Positions 63,837-64,000 of a DNA stretch of 64,000 nt are shown one piece after another. The notes under the pieces were generated by a model. The model ran no database searches. It saw nothing but the letters and a program-made list of their open reading frames with translations, and had not been told where the DNA came from. Position numbers and translations under genes: made by a program. Each line of letters opens with the position of its first letter. The first letter of the stretch is position 1. The stretch comes from a virus (lineage: Duplodnaviria > Caudoviricetes): the IMG/VR virus record IMGVR_UViG_3300020043_005956, positions 2,241 through 66,240 of that record; one strand, 5' to 3'.

Positions 63837-64000
63837 TTTAAATAAATTTAAGTGTTTCCTTTACACCCCATACACCCGAACATTCAACCTTACCTCACCA
63901 TTTGGCCGCTTCCTTCCATTGTCGGTAAGTTCGTCAAATACGGCGTATATGATGCCTTTGTCAAGGTCAAAGCAATTCGCCGAAAATTGTTCCACTTCCA

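Overview
The window is a 64-kb piece of an AT-rich dsDNA tailed phage genome, most likely infecting Bacteroidota: TAnnTTTG promoters recur and start codons have A-rich contexts without Shine-Dalgarno sites. Layout: (1) 1-9.1 kb, leftward small early genes plus a serine recombinase and a MoxR/CobS-like AAA ATPase with a VWA-like partner; (2) 9.2-10.1 kb, a non-coding repeat-rich strand-switch region next to a RepL-like gene; (3) 10.1-16.8 kb, mostly rightward small genes, five tRNAs and a RuvC-like gene; (4) 16.8-56.1 kb, a crAss-like/podovirus-type virion module (terminase, portal, scaffold, capsid, tail ring and muzzle proteins, two giant polyvalent cargo proteins separated by a ferritin gene, fibres, lysis genes); (5) 56.3-64 kb, leftward replication and accessory genes (primase-helicase, DUF1376-like initiator). 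The strongest unusual signals are: a leader-peptide attenuator whose codons match the five downstream tRNAs; a stand-alone small RNA complementary to a motif at the 5' end of three early transcripts; an integron-type attC cassette array with genes in reverse orientation; and three small basic genes overprinted in the +1 frame of the giant cargo genes. All family assignments come from motif recognition by eye, not database searches.
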